From: a bacterium
Lineage (GTDB): Bacteria > UBA9089 > UBA9088
Length of the DNA stretch: 44,560 bases
Direction of reading: 5' to 3'
Assembly: GCA_040753555.1 (NCBI GenBank)
Contig: JBFMDZ010000004.1
Location: 1-44,560, forward strand
Part shown: one piece after another, positions 33,795 through 43,745 of the stretch
Numbering within the stretch: the stretch's first letter is position 1
Layout: the number at the start of each line of letters is the position of its first letter
The notes under the pieces: model-generated
Told to the model about the DNA's origin: nothing
The model's database searches: none
Seen by the model: the letters and a program-made list of their open reading frames with translations, nothing else
Position numbers and translations under genes: made by a program

Positions 33795-34660
33795 CTTATT
33801 TTTTGTGCCAATCTTTCTCCAATTTCAATTGGATTATCGCCTTCCTCCCCTTCCATAATCATTTTATCTAAAAATATACATCCTTTAAGGATAATTTTGC
33901 TATTCTTTATTTTTGCCAACGCACCAATTCCAGACTTACAGCCTAGCCCAAAAAAAGACATAAATGACCTTTCTGCTTTAATGCAGACATCAGATTCCTT
34001 ATCATTAAGGAATGTTGTTAAAGCCTCAAGCCTCTTATCATCTTCTCTTATTTGTATTCCAAGTGAACCTTGACCTGGTGCAGGAAGCAGGATGTCTTCT
34101 GGAATTATTTCTGAAATTAAATGGGAAAGGGAAAGCCTAATTAAGGCAGCTTCAGAAACAATAATTGCATTAAGCTTTCCATCCTCTACCATTTTAAGTC
34201 GGGTAGTAATATTTCCCCTTATATCAACTATATTCAGGTCTTGCCTTGCTACTTGAATAGCCAATTTCCTCCTTATACTTCCTGTTCCAATCCTTGCTCC
34301 CTTTGGAAGAGAAAACAATTTCATTTTATCCCTTGAAACAAGCACATCATAAGGAGATATCCTCTTTGTAACAGCAGAAATCATCAATCCTTGACTCCTC
34401 GCTCTCTGACTCTCTGACTTTCTGACTTCTATCGGTATATCCTTCATAGAATGCACAGCCATATCAATATTCCCTTTTAATAATTCCTCCTCAATTTCCT
34501 TAACAAATATGCCTTTTTCTTCAAATTCCTGTAGGGGTTTTAAAAACCTATCAGCAGATGTCTTAATTTTTTTAATAGAAACATCGTCATTTATTCTCTC
34601 TGCTACTTCTTGTGCCTGAATAAAGGCAAGCTTGCTCCCTCTTGTTCCTAAGATAATCAT
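33782..34660 (-). CDS. hemC: Hydroxymethylbilane synthase (porphobilinogen deaminase)
   Basis: GTRGSKLA, AVHSMKD, IRGNITTRL, PAPGQG and AERSF...GC. Confidence 0.92.
   Translation of the reverse strand: MIILGTRGSKLAFIQAQEVAERINDDVSIKKIKTSADRFLKPLQEFEEKGIFVKEIEEELLKGNIDMAVHSMKDIPIEVRKSESQRARSQGLMISAVTKRISPYDVLVSRDKMKLFSLPKGARIGTGSIRRKLAIQVARQDLNIVDIRGNITTRLKMVEDGKLNAIIVSEAALIRLSLSHLISEIIPEDILLPAPGQGSLGIQIREDDKRLEALTTFLNDKESDVCIKAERSFMSFFGLGCKSGIGALAKIKNSKIILKGCIFLDKMIMEGEEGDNPIEIGERLAQKIRCKI
34390..34429. repeat. Five-unit 8-mer array inside hemC (CTGACTYT-type)
   Basis: Encodes VRKSESQRARSQ immediately after HSMKDIPIE. Confidence 0.75.
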
Positions 34661-36477
34661 TCTACAGTAACACTCTTTGCCAGGTTTCTTGGCTTATCAA
34701 CATTTCTTCCAAGTGAGACTGCAATATAATATGCAAATAGCTGTAAGGGAACAACAGCAAGAATAGGGGATAGCATTTCCAATGTTTTTGGGATATAGAT
34801 AACATCAGATGTTATGGCTTCTATATCAGAATCACCATCTGTTGCGATGGCAATAATTTTCCCCTTTCTTGTTTTTATCTCCTCTAAATTGCTATAAACC
34901 TTCTGATGGACAGAATCCTTAAGGCAGATAGCCATTGTTGGAAAATTCTCATCTATTAAGGCAATAGGTCCATGCTTCATTTCACCTGCTGGATAGCCCT
35001 CGGCATGGATATACGATATTTCCTTAAGCTTAAGCGCTCCCTCCAATGCTATTGGGTAGTTATATTTCCTTCCAAGATACAAAAAATCCTTATAATCTTT
35101 ATACCTTTCTGCAATCTCCTTTATTTTATTGCTTTGCTTAAGGATTTCAAAAACCTTCCCTGGAAGCTCCTTTATCTCGGATGCAATCCTTTTTCCCATA
35201 ACTAGGGATAAATCCCTCTGCCTTCCAAGAAGAAGGGAAAGCAGAGAGATAATGGTTAATTGTGAGACAAATGCCTTTGTTGATGCAACGCCTATCTCAG
35301 GGCCTGCATGGTTATAAATACCACAATCCGTCTCCCTTGCAATGCTAGAACCAACAACATTTACTATTCCAATTGTCAACACCCCTTTTCTCTTTGCCTC
35401 TCTTAAGGCTTCTAATGTATCTGCTGTTTCTCCAGATTGGCTTATGACAAGAAGGGCTGTCTTTTCCCTTTCTAATATAGGCTTTCTATACCTGAATTCT
35501 GAGGCATATTCAACCTCTGTAGGGATTCCAGCATATTCCTCAAGGATGTATTCACCAACCAATCCTGCATAATATGCTGTTCCACAGGCTGTAACAATAA
35601 GCCTCTCAATTTGGGAAAGCTTATTCTGCACATCCTCAAGACCACCAAGCTTGGAAATACCCTCCTCATCAATTAACCTTCCCCTGATGGAATTATGGAT
35701 AACCTTTGGTTGGTCAAAGATTTCCTTTAGCATAAAATGGGCAAATCCCTCTTTCTCTGCCTGCTCTATTTCCCATTCGAGGATTGCGGTTCTATCTTTA
35801 AGAGAAATTTCTGCCTTTGAAAAGAATTCGTCCTTTTTAACAACAACAATCTCTCCCTCCTCAAGATAGATAACTTGCTTTGTGTACCTTAAGATTGCAG
35901 CTGGATCTGAAGCAACAATATTTTCATTCTTTCCCAGCCCAATAATTAAAGGGCTTCCATAGCGAGCTGATACAATCTTATTTGGCTCTTTGCTTGAAAT
36001 AACAGCTATGCCATAAGTTCCGATTACAGAAGATAAAGCAATTTCTACAGCATCCTCTAAATTTCCTTTATAATTTTCCTCAATGAGGTGAGCAAGAACC
36101 TCAGAATCTGTCTCTGATTTGAAAATATGACCATTTTTTATAAGATTCTCTTTTAATTTCTTATAATTCTCTATTATCCCATTATGGACAACAAAGATTT
36201 CATTCTTGCAATCAGGATGGGGATGTGCATTTGTAGAGGTTGGCATTCCATGTGTTGCCCACCTTGTATGTGCAATTCCTATCTTGCCTGGTATTTCTTT
36301 TTTATTTATTATCTCTTCAAGGTCGGCTACCTTCCCTTCCCTTTTTACAAGAAAAGGATTATCATTTAAAATTACTAACCCAGCCGAATCATAGCCCCTA
36401 TACTCAAGATGCCTTAATCCGTCAAGGAGAATGTCCTTTGCCTCCCTCTCTCCGATATAGCCTATAATCCCACACAT
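34657..36477 (-). CDS. glmS: Glutamine-fructose-6-phosphate aminotransferase
   Basis: MCGIIG, HTRWATHG, SQSGETADT, EIGVASTK and PRNLAKSVTVE. Confidence 0.98.
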   Translation of the reverse strand: MCGIIGYIGEREAKDILLDGLRHLEYRGYDSAGLVILNDNPFLVKREGKVADLEEIINKKEIPGKIGIAHTRWATHGMPTSTNAHPHPDCKNEIFVVHNGIIENYKKLKENLIKNGHIFKSETDSEVLAHLIEENYKGNLEDAVEIALSSVIGTYGIAVISSKEPNKIVSARYGSPLIIGLGKNENIVASDPAAILRYTKQVIYLEEGEIVVVKKDEFFSKAEISLKDRTAILEWEIEQAEKEGFAHFMLKEIFDQPKVIHNSIRGRLIDEEGISKLGGLEDVQNKLSQIERLIVTACGTAYYAGLVGEYILEEYAGIPTEVEYASEFRYRKPILEREKTALLVISQSGETADTLEALREAKRKGVLTIGIVNVVGSSIARETDCGIYNHAGPEIGVASTKAFVSQLTIISLLSLLLGRQRDLSLVMGKRIASEIKELPGKVFEILKQSNKIKEIAERYKDYKDFLYLGRKYNYPIALEGALKLKEISYIHAEGYPAGEMKHGPIALIDENFPTMAICLKDSVHQKVYSNLEEIKTRKGKIIAIATDGDSDIEAITSDVIYIPKTLEMLSPILAVVPLQLFAYYIAVSLGRNVDKPRNLAKSVTVE

Positions 36478-36516
36478 GACTCTCTGACTCCTAGACTCTT
36501 TAGACCCCCAGACTCT
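36477..36516. repeat. GACTC-core 8-9-mer array filling the pgk-glmS junction
   Basis: TGACTCTC TGACTCCT AGACTCTT TAGACCCC CAGACTCT. Confidence 0.7.
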
Positions 36517-36517
36517 T

Positions 36518-37708
36518 TTATTTGTTTGTTAAAGCAGAGAGGCCTGGCATCTTTGCTCCTCCTAGAAATTCAAGGCAGGCACCACCACCTGTTGAAATAT
36601 GGGTCATCTTATCTGCTAGCCCAAGCTTTACAACAGCGGCTACTGAGTCTCCACCTCCAACAATGGTTGTTGCATTACTTTCTCCCAAAACCTTAGCCAT
36701 TTCTAATGTTCCCTTTGAAAACCTCTCTATTTCAAAGACACCCATTGGTCCATTCCAAAATATGCACTTTGCCTTCCTTAGAACCTTTGAGAATTTCTCT
36801 ATGGTTTGTGGCCCAATATCAACAGCCCTTTGATTCCCCGGAATGCTTCCCCTTCCAACAATAGTTATATCAGCTCCCTCTGAAACAAATGTAGCAACAA
36901 CATGGTCAGAGGGAAGATAAATGGGTTTTTCCAAAGCAATGCTTTGAAGGAGGATTTCCTTTGCCATATTGATATGTTCCTTTTCCACAATGGATTTCCC
37001 AACAGGGATGCCCAAAGCTGCAAAGAATGTATATGCCATTCCTCCACCTATTAAAAGCTCATCAACCCTTGAAAGAAGGTTTTTTATTAAGTCTATCTTT
37101 GTAGAAACCTTTGCTCCGCCAAGGATTGCAATTAAAGGTTTTTCCTTTGATTCCAAGACCTTTGTCATATATTCAACCTCTTTTTCAAGGAGAAAGCCAG
37201 CGGCTGCCTTTTGAACAACCCTACAGATAGCACAGACAGAGGCATGCTCTCTATGGATAACAGAGAAGGCATCATTGATATAAAGGTCTCCCAGACTCCC
37301 TAATTCCTTTGCAAAAAGAAGGTCGTTCTCATCTTCTTCTGTGTGAAACCTAACATTCTCAAGGAGAACCACCTCGCCCCCTTTAAGCTCCCTGCAGACC
37401 TTCTTTGTCTCTTCTCCAATACAATCAGAGGTTTTTTTGACAGCCCTCCCAAGTAGTTCGCTTAATCTCTTTCCTGCGGCTGTAAGCCTTAAAGATTCTT
37501 CTATTCTTCCATCAGGCCTTCCAAAGTGTGAAATCAGGATACATGACCCTCCATTTTCCAAGATATAATTTATTGTTGGAAGGGAAACCACAATCCTTGT
37601 GTCATCAATAATTTCACCCCTTTCATCAACAGGAAGGTTAAAATCAACCCTTACCAATACCCTTTTTCCCACTACATCAAGGTCTTTAAGTGTAAGTTTG
37701 TTTAACAT
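36518..37708 (-). CDS. pgk: Phosphoglycerate kinase
   Basis: RVDFNLP, SHFGRP, LENVRF, GGAKVSTK and ISTGGGA. Confidence 0.98.
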   Translation of the reverse strand: MLNKLTLKDLDVVGKRVLVRVDFNLPVDERGEIIDDTRIVVSLPTINYILENGGSCILISHFGRPDGRIEESLRLTAAGKRLSELLGRAVKKTSDCIGEETKKVCRELKGGEVVLLENVRFHTEEDENDLLFAKELGSLGDLYINDAFSVIHREHASVCAICRVVQKAAAGFLLEKEVEYMTKVLESKEKPLIAILGGAKVSTKIDLIKNLLSRVDELLIGGGMAYTFFAALGIPVGKSIVEKEHINMAKEILLQSIALEKPIYLPSDHVVATFVSEGADITIVGRGSIPGNQRAVDIGPQTIEKFSKVLRKAKCIFWNGPMGVFEIERFSKGTLEMAKVLGESNATTIVGGGDSVAAVVKLGLADKMTHISTGGGACLEFLGGAKMPGLSALTNK

Positions 37709-37750
37709 TTTATCCTACCTCCTTTTAATGTTTATTAGCCTTTAACTTAT

Positions 37751-38737
37751 TTATTTTATATATTCCAAAAGGTCAATTATCCTCATACTATATCCTGTTT
37801 CATTGTCATACCAGCCAAAGACCTTAACCAGGTCATCCTTTGCAAATGTAAGCTCACTATCAAATATGCAGGATGATGAGTCTCCATTAAAGTCTGATGA
37901 AACAAGGGGAGAATCGCAATATTTAAGGTATTTTGAAAGCCTTCCCTTTTCTGATGCATCTTTAAATGCCCTATTCACCTCATCCTTTGTTGTTTTCTTT
38001 TCTGTAATAGCAACAAGGTCAACAAGGGAGACATTTGGGCTTGGAGCCCTTACAGCAATACCATCAAGCTTTCCAGAAAGCTCTGGAATAACCTTTCCTA
38101 TTGCCTTTGCCGCACCTGTTGTTGTTGGAATCATAGATAAAGCTGCTGCCCTCGCCCTCCTTAAGTCTTTGTGTGGAAGGTCTAGGATTCTTTGGTCATT
38201 TGTATAGGAATGTATTGTTGTCATAAACCCCTTTTCTATTCCAAAATTATCAAGAATAACCTTTGCAAGGGGTGCTAGGCAGTTTGTTGTGCAGGATGCA
38301 TTTGAAATAACATTGTGTTTATCTTTATCGTATTTATCCTCATTTATGCCCATAACAATTGTTATGTCCTCGTCTTTGGCAGGTGCAGAAACAATAACCT
38401 TCTTTGCTCCTGCTGCTATATGTAAGGCACAATCAGCCCTGTTTGTAAATCTTCCCGTTGATTCAATAATAACATCAACCCCTAAATCCTTCCAGGGAAG
38501 CTCTTTTGGATCTTTGCAAGATAAAACTTTTATCTTCTTTTCGCCTATTACCAGAGAATCACCCTCTACCGCAACAGGGTATTTAAACCTTCCGTGGATA
38601 GAGTCATACTCTAATAGGTGGCACAGGGTTTTTGTGTCTGTAATGTCATTTATGGCAACCCATTCTATGTCTCTATCTATCCCCAGCCTTAAAACAACTC
38701 TTCCAATCCTTCCAAATCCATTAATTGCAACCTTCAT
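37751..38737 (-). CDS. gap: Type I glyceraldehyde-3-phosphate dehydrogenase
   Basis: INGFGRIGR, SNASCTTNCLAP and WYDNETGY; AGGAGG SD. Confidence 0.98.
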   Translation of the reverse strand: MKVAINGFGRIGRVVLRLGIDRDIEWVAINDITDTKTLCHLLEYDSIHGRFKYPVAVEGDSLVIGEKKIKVLSCKDPKELPWKDLGVDVIIESTGRFTNRADCALHIAAGAKKVIVSAPAKDEDITIVMGINEDKYDKDKHNVISNASCTTNCLAPLAKVILDNFGIEKGFMTTIHSYTNDQRILDLPHKDLRRARAAALSMIPTTTGAAKAIGKVIPELSGKLDGIAVRAPSPNVSLVDLVAITEKKTTKDEVNRAFKDASEKGRLSKYLKYCDSPLVSSDFNGDSSSCIFDSELTFAKDDLVKVFGWYDNETGYSMRIIDLLEYIK

Positions 38738-38763
38738 AATTTTACCTCCTAATACAATCTTCC

Positions 38764-38793
38764 ATTATATACAAAATGCCCATTTATTTACAA
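38764..38793 (-). promoter_or_regulatory. Candidate gap promoter TTGTAA-18-TATAAT
   Basis: Hexamers read directly upstream of the gap SD. Confidence 0.5.
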
Positions 38794-40326
38794 CTTTATT
38801 TTTACACCACAAGATGCAAGAAATTTTTTCCCTGGATAATCCTCCATTTCTTTGTATTCGCTGTTAAAAAGATTTTCTATATCAAGGAATATCTCAAATT
38901 CATCGGATATTTTCTTCTTTCCTTTTATGTTGAAAACAAAATAGGGGCTTATTTCTCCTGAATCTGTCTTTTGAGAGCCTTTAAAGGAAATATAAGGGCT
39001 TATCAAAAGACCTTTGTCTTTGTATCTTAAGATAAAATCTCCTTCAAATTGAGGCATATAATTTATATCCTTTGATAAACCCATTATAAAGCCAGAAAAT
39101 TCTGTATCTATCTTCTTTGTCAATGAGTAATTAACATTTGTTTTAATTCCATAGCTAAATAAAGAACCAGAATTTCTTAGGCTTAAGAGGCCATCTGCTT
39201 TTTTATACCATTCTATAGCATTGTTTTTATTTTCAAGAAATAGGGAATTTTTGACATAAAGGCTTTTTCTTTTTAAGCTTATACCTCCTGAGAGCATAAA
39301 TACCCTTTCTGGCTCAAGGCTTGTTGATATTGTAGAATATGGAGTTTGAAAATAAAGCTTGGAAAAGCTTGGGCTATTTAAGAAATTTTTAAGTGAAAGA
39401 TTAAATATCATATCTTTTATCTTTGATTTAAGGGAGATATCAAGCTCTGGCTGAAACATTGCCTTTTTATTCTTGAAAATAGAGAACCCAGCATCAGAGA
39501 GAATTAAAACACCCCTTTTTTTAAATTCCTTTTTTGTTGGGTAAAATGAGAAAAATATCTTAAGAAATCTTCTTTCTACAAGGTCTCCCTCATTTTCTGC
39601 AATTATATTTAGCCTACTTTTCTTGGCAAAATCAAAGGAAAGTTTTGTTCCTATTCCCCTATTTTTTATAAAATCCTTTTTCTCATCCCAAATATTCCCT
39701 GAAAATACAAGGTTGTTGTAAAAAGGTGTTTCATATCCTAACTCAAGCCCTGCCCTTTTTCTTTTCTCCTGCCTATTTTCAAAGGGAAGAAAAACCTCCT
39801 CATTAAAAAAAGAAAATGGAATAACAATCCTTGCTTCATTAAAAGCCATTCCTAAAAAAAGATTTATATTGTCTTTACTTTGCGAATGAAAATCATTTTT
39901 ATTTTGCCATTTAAACCCTCCCCTTCTTTCCCTTTCTACCTCAAGAGAGCCTGCAAATTTCCCTTTCTCCTTTGCAAAAAGGATAGAGCTTGAAAAAAAG
40001 TTATAATTTCCAATAGATATTTTTATCCAGGGAAGGGCTTCTTCTTTTAAGAATTGGGGAGATGTCTCTTTTATTTTAAACCCCTCTTTTTTTTCTATAT
40101 TAAGCTCTATATTTTCCTTTTCTTTTTCTATTACTTTTGGTTTTGGAGCATCCATTAAAGGAAAGGAAAGTTCTACATCAGCTGGCTCTTCCTTCCATTC
40201 AAGAAAGGATTTATCAGAACCTGTAATAATAAGCTCTGATTGTGGAATGGTGGTTGTTCCCTCCTCTGCGTAAAGGACGGAATAGCAGAAGAGCAGAAGA
40301 GCGGAAGGAAGGAATTTTTTTAACAT
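38788..40326 (-). CDS. Outer-membrane beta-barrel protein, TonB-dependent-receptor-like C-terminus
   Basis: Signal peptide, amphipathic strands and a C-terminal IENLFNSEY..PGKKFLASCGVKIKL. Confidence 0.65.
   Translation of the reverse strand: MLKKFLPSALLLFCYSVLYAEEGTTTIPQSELIITGSDKSFLEWKEEPADVELSFPLMDAPKPKVIEKEKENIELNIEKKEGFKIKETSPQFLKEEALPWIKISIGNYNFFSSSILFAKEKGKFAGSLEVERERRGGFKWQNKNDFHSQSKDNINLFLGMAFNEARIVIPFSFFNEEVFLPFENRQEKRKRAGLELGYETPFYNNLVFSGNIWDEKKDFIKNRGIGTKLSFDFAKKSRLNIIAENEGDLVERRFLKIFFSFYPTKKEFKKRGVLILSDAGFSIFKNKKAMFQPELDISLKSKIKDMIFNLSLKNFLNSPSFSKLYFQTPYSTISTSLEPERVFMLSGGISLKRKSLYVKNSLFLENKNNAIEWYKKADGLLSLRNSGSLFSYGIKTNVNYSLTKKIDTEFSGFIMGLSKDINYMPQFEGDFILRYKDKGLLISPYISFKGSQKTDSGEISPYFVFNIKGKKKISDEFEIFLDIENLFNSEYKEMEDYPGKKFLASCGVKIKL
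40275..40314. repeat. Five-unit 8-mer array (GAGCAGAA-type) inside the OMP signal peptide
   Basis: GGACGGAA TAGCAGAA GAGCAGAA GAGCGGAA GGAAGGAA, encoding FLPSALLLFCYSV. Confidence 0.65.
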
Positions 40327-40327
40327 T

Positions 40328-41365
40328 TTAAATTTCCAAAGCTATGAGGTCTCCTACCTCTTGTGTTGAAAGACCCATTTTGCCTGCAGACATATCTTTT
40401 ATTTTACCAGATGCTAGAACAGAAGAAACAGCACTCTCAATCTTTTTTGCTGCCTCAATTTCATTTAGGTTTTCAAGAAGCAAGCTCACAGCCAGAATAG
40501 CTGCAATTGGGTTTGCAATGTTGCTGTTCGCATATTTTGGTGCAGAGCCATGTATTGGCTCAAACATAGAGACACCACTTGGATTTATATTTCCACCCGC
40601 TGCAACACCCATTCCACCTTGAATTATAGCACCCAAATCTGTTAGTATATCCCCAAATAGATTGCAGGTTACAACAGTGTCAAAGCTTTCTGGATTCTTT
40701 ATTATCCACATACACATAGTATCTACATAAGCATGGTCTTGCTCTACATCTTTAAATTCGCTACCTATTTCTTTAAATATTCTCTGCCATAATCCATGAC
40801 CAAAGACAAGAACATTTGATTTATCAACAAGGGTAAGTTTTTTTCTCCTTTTTCTTGCAAGGTTATATGCATATCTTAAACACCTTTCAATCCCCTTTCT
40901 TGTGTAGACCATATTTTCAATTGCGAGCTCATCCCTTAAAACTCCACCAATTCCAGCATAAACACACTCTGTATTTTCCCTAACAACAACAAAATCAATA
41001 TCCTTTGGGCCCTTATCCTTAATTGGTGTAATCACGCCTTGATATAGCTTTATTGGCCTTAAATTTATGTATTGGTCAAGAGAAAATCTTATCTTAAGAA
41101 GAAGCCCCTTCTCTAATATCCCAGGAGGAACATCTGGATGTCCAATAGCACCAAGAAATATAGCAGAAAGACCTTTTAGCTCATCAATAATTCCACCTGG
41201 AAGAACCTCATTTTTGGAAAGGTAATATTCACCGCCAAATGGGTATTCAATAAGCTCATAATTGATATTGCAAGAAGAAGCAACACAAGAAAGAACCTTT
41301 AATGCTTCCCTGGTAACCTCAGGGCCTATACCATCACCAGCGATTACTCCTATTCTGTAAGCCAT
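40328..41365 (-). CDS. leuB: 3-isopropylmalate dehydrogenase
   Basis: [36 protein letters not shown] and FEPIHGSAP. Start codon uncertain. Confidence 0.9.
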   Translation of the reverse strand: MAYRIGVIAGDGIGPEVTREALKVLSCVASSCNINYELIEYPFGGEYYLSKNEVLPGGIIDELKGLSAIFLGAIGHPDVPPGILEKGLLLKIRFSLDQYINLRPIKLYQGVITPIKDKGPKDIDFVVVRENTECVYAGIGGVLRDELAIENMVYTRKGIERCLRYAYNLARKRRKKLTLVDKSNVLVFGHGLWQRIFKEIGSEFKDVEQDHAYVDTMCMWIIKNPESFDTVVTCNLFGDILTDLGAIIQGGMGVAAGGNINPSGVSMFEPIHGSAPKYANSNIANPIAAILAVSLLLENLNEIEAAKKIESAVSSVLASGKIKDMSAGKMGLSTQEVGDLIALEI

Positions 41366-41532
41366 CCCCTGTGGCATTTTGTGCAAAGCTTAAGCTTAAG
41401 GCTTGTTCCATTAACTATCCTTCTTGTAGAATGAAGGTTTGGCATCTGCCTTTTTTTTGTCTTTCTATTTGAATGGGAGACGCTATGTCCCACCAAGGGC
41501 TTTTTTCCACAAAGATCACATACTTTACTCAT
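41350..41532 (-). CDS. rpmB: 50S ribosomal protein L28 (zinc-ribbon type)
   Basis: [34 protein letters not shown]. Confidence 0.95.
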   Translation of the reverse strand: MSKVCDLCGKKPLVGHSVSHSNRKTKKRQMPNLHSTRRIVNGTSLKLKLCTKCHRGWLTE

Positions 41533-41542
41533 TTTTTAAAAA

Positions 41543-41571
41543 AGTATAATTAAAAGAAGGTCTTTTGTAAA
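41543..41571 (-). promoter_or_regulatory. Candidate rpmB promoter TTTACA-17-TATACT, 10 nt before the ATG
   Basis: Same hexamers and spacer length as the proA promoter. Confidence 0.6.
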
Positions 41572-43745
41572 GAATTTTTTGTAGTATGTGCGCCGGATAC
41601 AAGAAAAATTAAAACAACAATGTTCATTCCAGCAATAAATAGGGATGTTTTGTAAATGCCTATTATGGGAATAAAAAATATGGGTATTGATATGGAGCCT
41701 AAACAAGAGCCGAGCAATATCATTCCATAACTTAACCCGGCTGTCCTTCCAATATCTGTCCTTCCTTTTAAGTATATCTTGTTTGCTAAGGTAAATCTAA
41801 TACCTCCGACAAATCCTGCAATAATTGGTAGAAATGGAAAGACATCTCCTTTGGAAAGATAAAAAAACAAAGGAATTAAAAGGGGATAAAGACAAATAGC
41901 AATTTGTGTTAAGATAAAGGCAGGAAAATCCTTTTTAATTTTGTGCATAATTCCTATTATCCAAAAAGAGCCTAGTGATAAACCAATCATAAATGAGGTA
42001 ATTATAATGCCTAGTTTATAAAACATATAGCCATAGATTATTTGAAAGGAGAGCAAAACCAGGGTTTGAAAGGCAATCTCTGTTACTCCTGTTGTTATAA
42101 TTGCCCCCAATATAGCCTTTTTATATGAAAGGAAACAGAAGAGAAATATAAGAAAATAAAAACAAATAGCAATCTTTATAATCCTTTTTTCCTGCACCCA
42201 TCCCATAATCTTCGTTGATAAAGAATTACCAAAGCGACCTAACCAGAAAACTAGGTTTAAATAGTAAGAAATGGGTCTTTCATCATAATTCATTCTGGCA
42301 TTTGTTTTATTTAAGACGCTTTCTATTTTTGCAATCCTCTCTTTAGACATTCTTTCAAATAGATAATATTCCCTAATGTATTTTATATCCAAATTCCTCA
42401 TTTCTATTCTTTCCATCCAGAGCTTGTAATCATAGGTCAATACCCCCTTCTTATTGCAGGCTAAAAAATATATTGTATCTCCTGGTATTATTTTTACATC
42501 ACAGAATACCTTTTTTAAACTAGCATAAATAGATGATAAAAAATCTCTTAATTGATGAGATATATAATTTTCTGAAGAAGAAAGACCAAACGAAATTATT
42601 CCATTTTTCCCTAAAACCCTTTTTACCTCCCTAAAAAATTCAATACTATAATACCTATTTAATTGGGCTGTATATGGGCTTCCAACAGAGACAATAACAC
42701 AATCGTATTTTTTATCTGTTGTTTTAATAAAAAACCTTCCATCCATATTTTTGATATTTACCCTTCTATCCTTTAAATGGTTATTTGGAAGATAATCTTT
42801 TGCTATCTTTATAATCAATGGGTCTAGCTCTACATAATCTACATTTTTTACAGGGTGTTTAAGTATTTCTGTAATTACTCCACAGCCACCCCCTATTAAA
42901 AGTATGCTTTCTGGCTTTGGATGGGAGAGAAGATTGAAATTGCAAGCCTCCTCAGAGCTTGCTCTATCTGGAATTGTATAGAGATAAATGCCATTATAGA
43001 AAAATGAATATTGATTTTGCCTCTGGACAAGGGAGATATTTCCATAGATAGAATTTTGAGATGTAAGAAGCTTATATCCTTTAAATTGCCTTTTAACAGA
43101 ATATTCATTTAAGCAATTCCATCCATTGGATAAAAACATTCCCACAAAAAATAGGCTTAAAAATATAGAAATAAACCTTTTTGCCAAGAAAAAAGCCATT
43201 AGAATATTTAATAAAGCAAATATACCCATAATCTCAAAGGAATTAAAAATTTTAATAAGAAAGAAGCTTGAAAGAGACCCTCCTATTGCACAACCTATTG
43301 CCTCTAAGGCATAAGCCATTCCAATAGAAAATGCAGAAATGGATTTTGTTTCTATCATTCTGCAACCCAAAGAAAACATAAAGCCAAAAATGCTACAAAG
43401 GGGAATAAGGATAATAAAGGTTGATGCTCCCATAATGTGAATAGAAATAATCTCACCCGCAACTATATTAAAAATTTCCTTTATTGACCTTATAAAAAAG
43501 ATATTAATGGGAAGTAAAATGCTTAAAGCAATTTGACAAGATGAGAAAAAAGAGGCATTGTTTTTAATTTTGTCTGCAAACCTTCCAAAAAGAGAGCTTC
43601 CAATTGCTCCTCCCAAAAGCCAACAACCAAAAATAAAGCCTATAGAAAACTCATTCCCATAGAAAACACCTAAAAATTCTCTTATAATGACAATTTGAGA
43701 GCCTATAGCAGTAAAGCCAAGGAGAAAGATAGAAATTGCTATCAT
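41550..43745 (-). CDS. Fused MFS-like membrane / spermidine-synthase-like protein
   Basis: N-terminal TMs (QIVIIRE..GNEFSIG, YALEAIG), central LLIGGG..VELDP..DGR and C-terminal TMs. Confidence 0.85.
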   Translation of the reverse strand: MIAISIFLLGFTAIGSQIVIIREFLGVFYGNEFSIGFIFGCWLLGGAIGSSLFGRFADKIKNNASFFSSCQIALSILLPINIFFIRSIKEIFNIVAGEIISIHIMGASTFIILIPLCSIFGFMFSLGCRMIETKSISAFSIGMAYALEAIGCAIGGSLSSFFLIKIFNSFEIMGIFALLNILMAFFLAKRFISIFLSLFFVGMFLSNGWNCLNEYSVKRQFKGYKLLTSQNSIYGNISLVQRQNQYSFFYNGIYLYTIPDRASSEEACNFNLLSHPKPESILLIGGGCGVITEILKHPVKNVDYVELDPLIIKIAKDYLPNNHLKDRRVNIKNMDGRFFIKTTDKKYDCVIVSVGSPYTAQLNRYYSIEFFREVKRVLGKNGIISFGLSSSENYISHQLRDFLSSIYASLKKVFCDVKIIPGDTIYFLACNKKGVLTYDYKLWMERIEMRNLDIKYIREYYLFERMSKERIAKIESVLNKTNARMNYDERPISYYLNLVFWLGRFGNSLSTKIMGWVQEKRIIKIAICFYFLIFLFCFLSYKKAILGAIITTGVTEIAFQTLVLLSFQIIYGYMFYKLGIIITSFMIGLSLGSFWIIGIMHKIKKDFPAFILTQIAICLYPLLIPLFFYLSKGDVFPFLPIIAGFVGGIRFTLANKIYLKGRTDIGRTAGLSYGMILLGSCLGSISIPIFFIPIIGIYKTSLFIAGMNIVVLIFLVSGAHTTKNSLQKTFF

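Noticed and set aside
36478-36517. glmS ribozyme
   Set aside because: The intergenic gap is only 40 nt and consists of tandem repeats.
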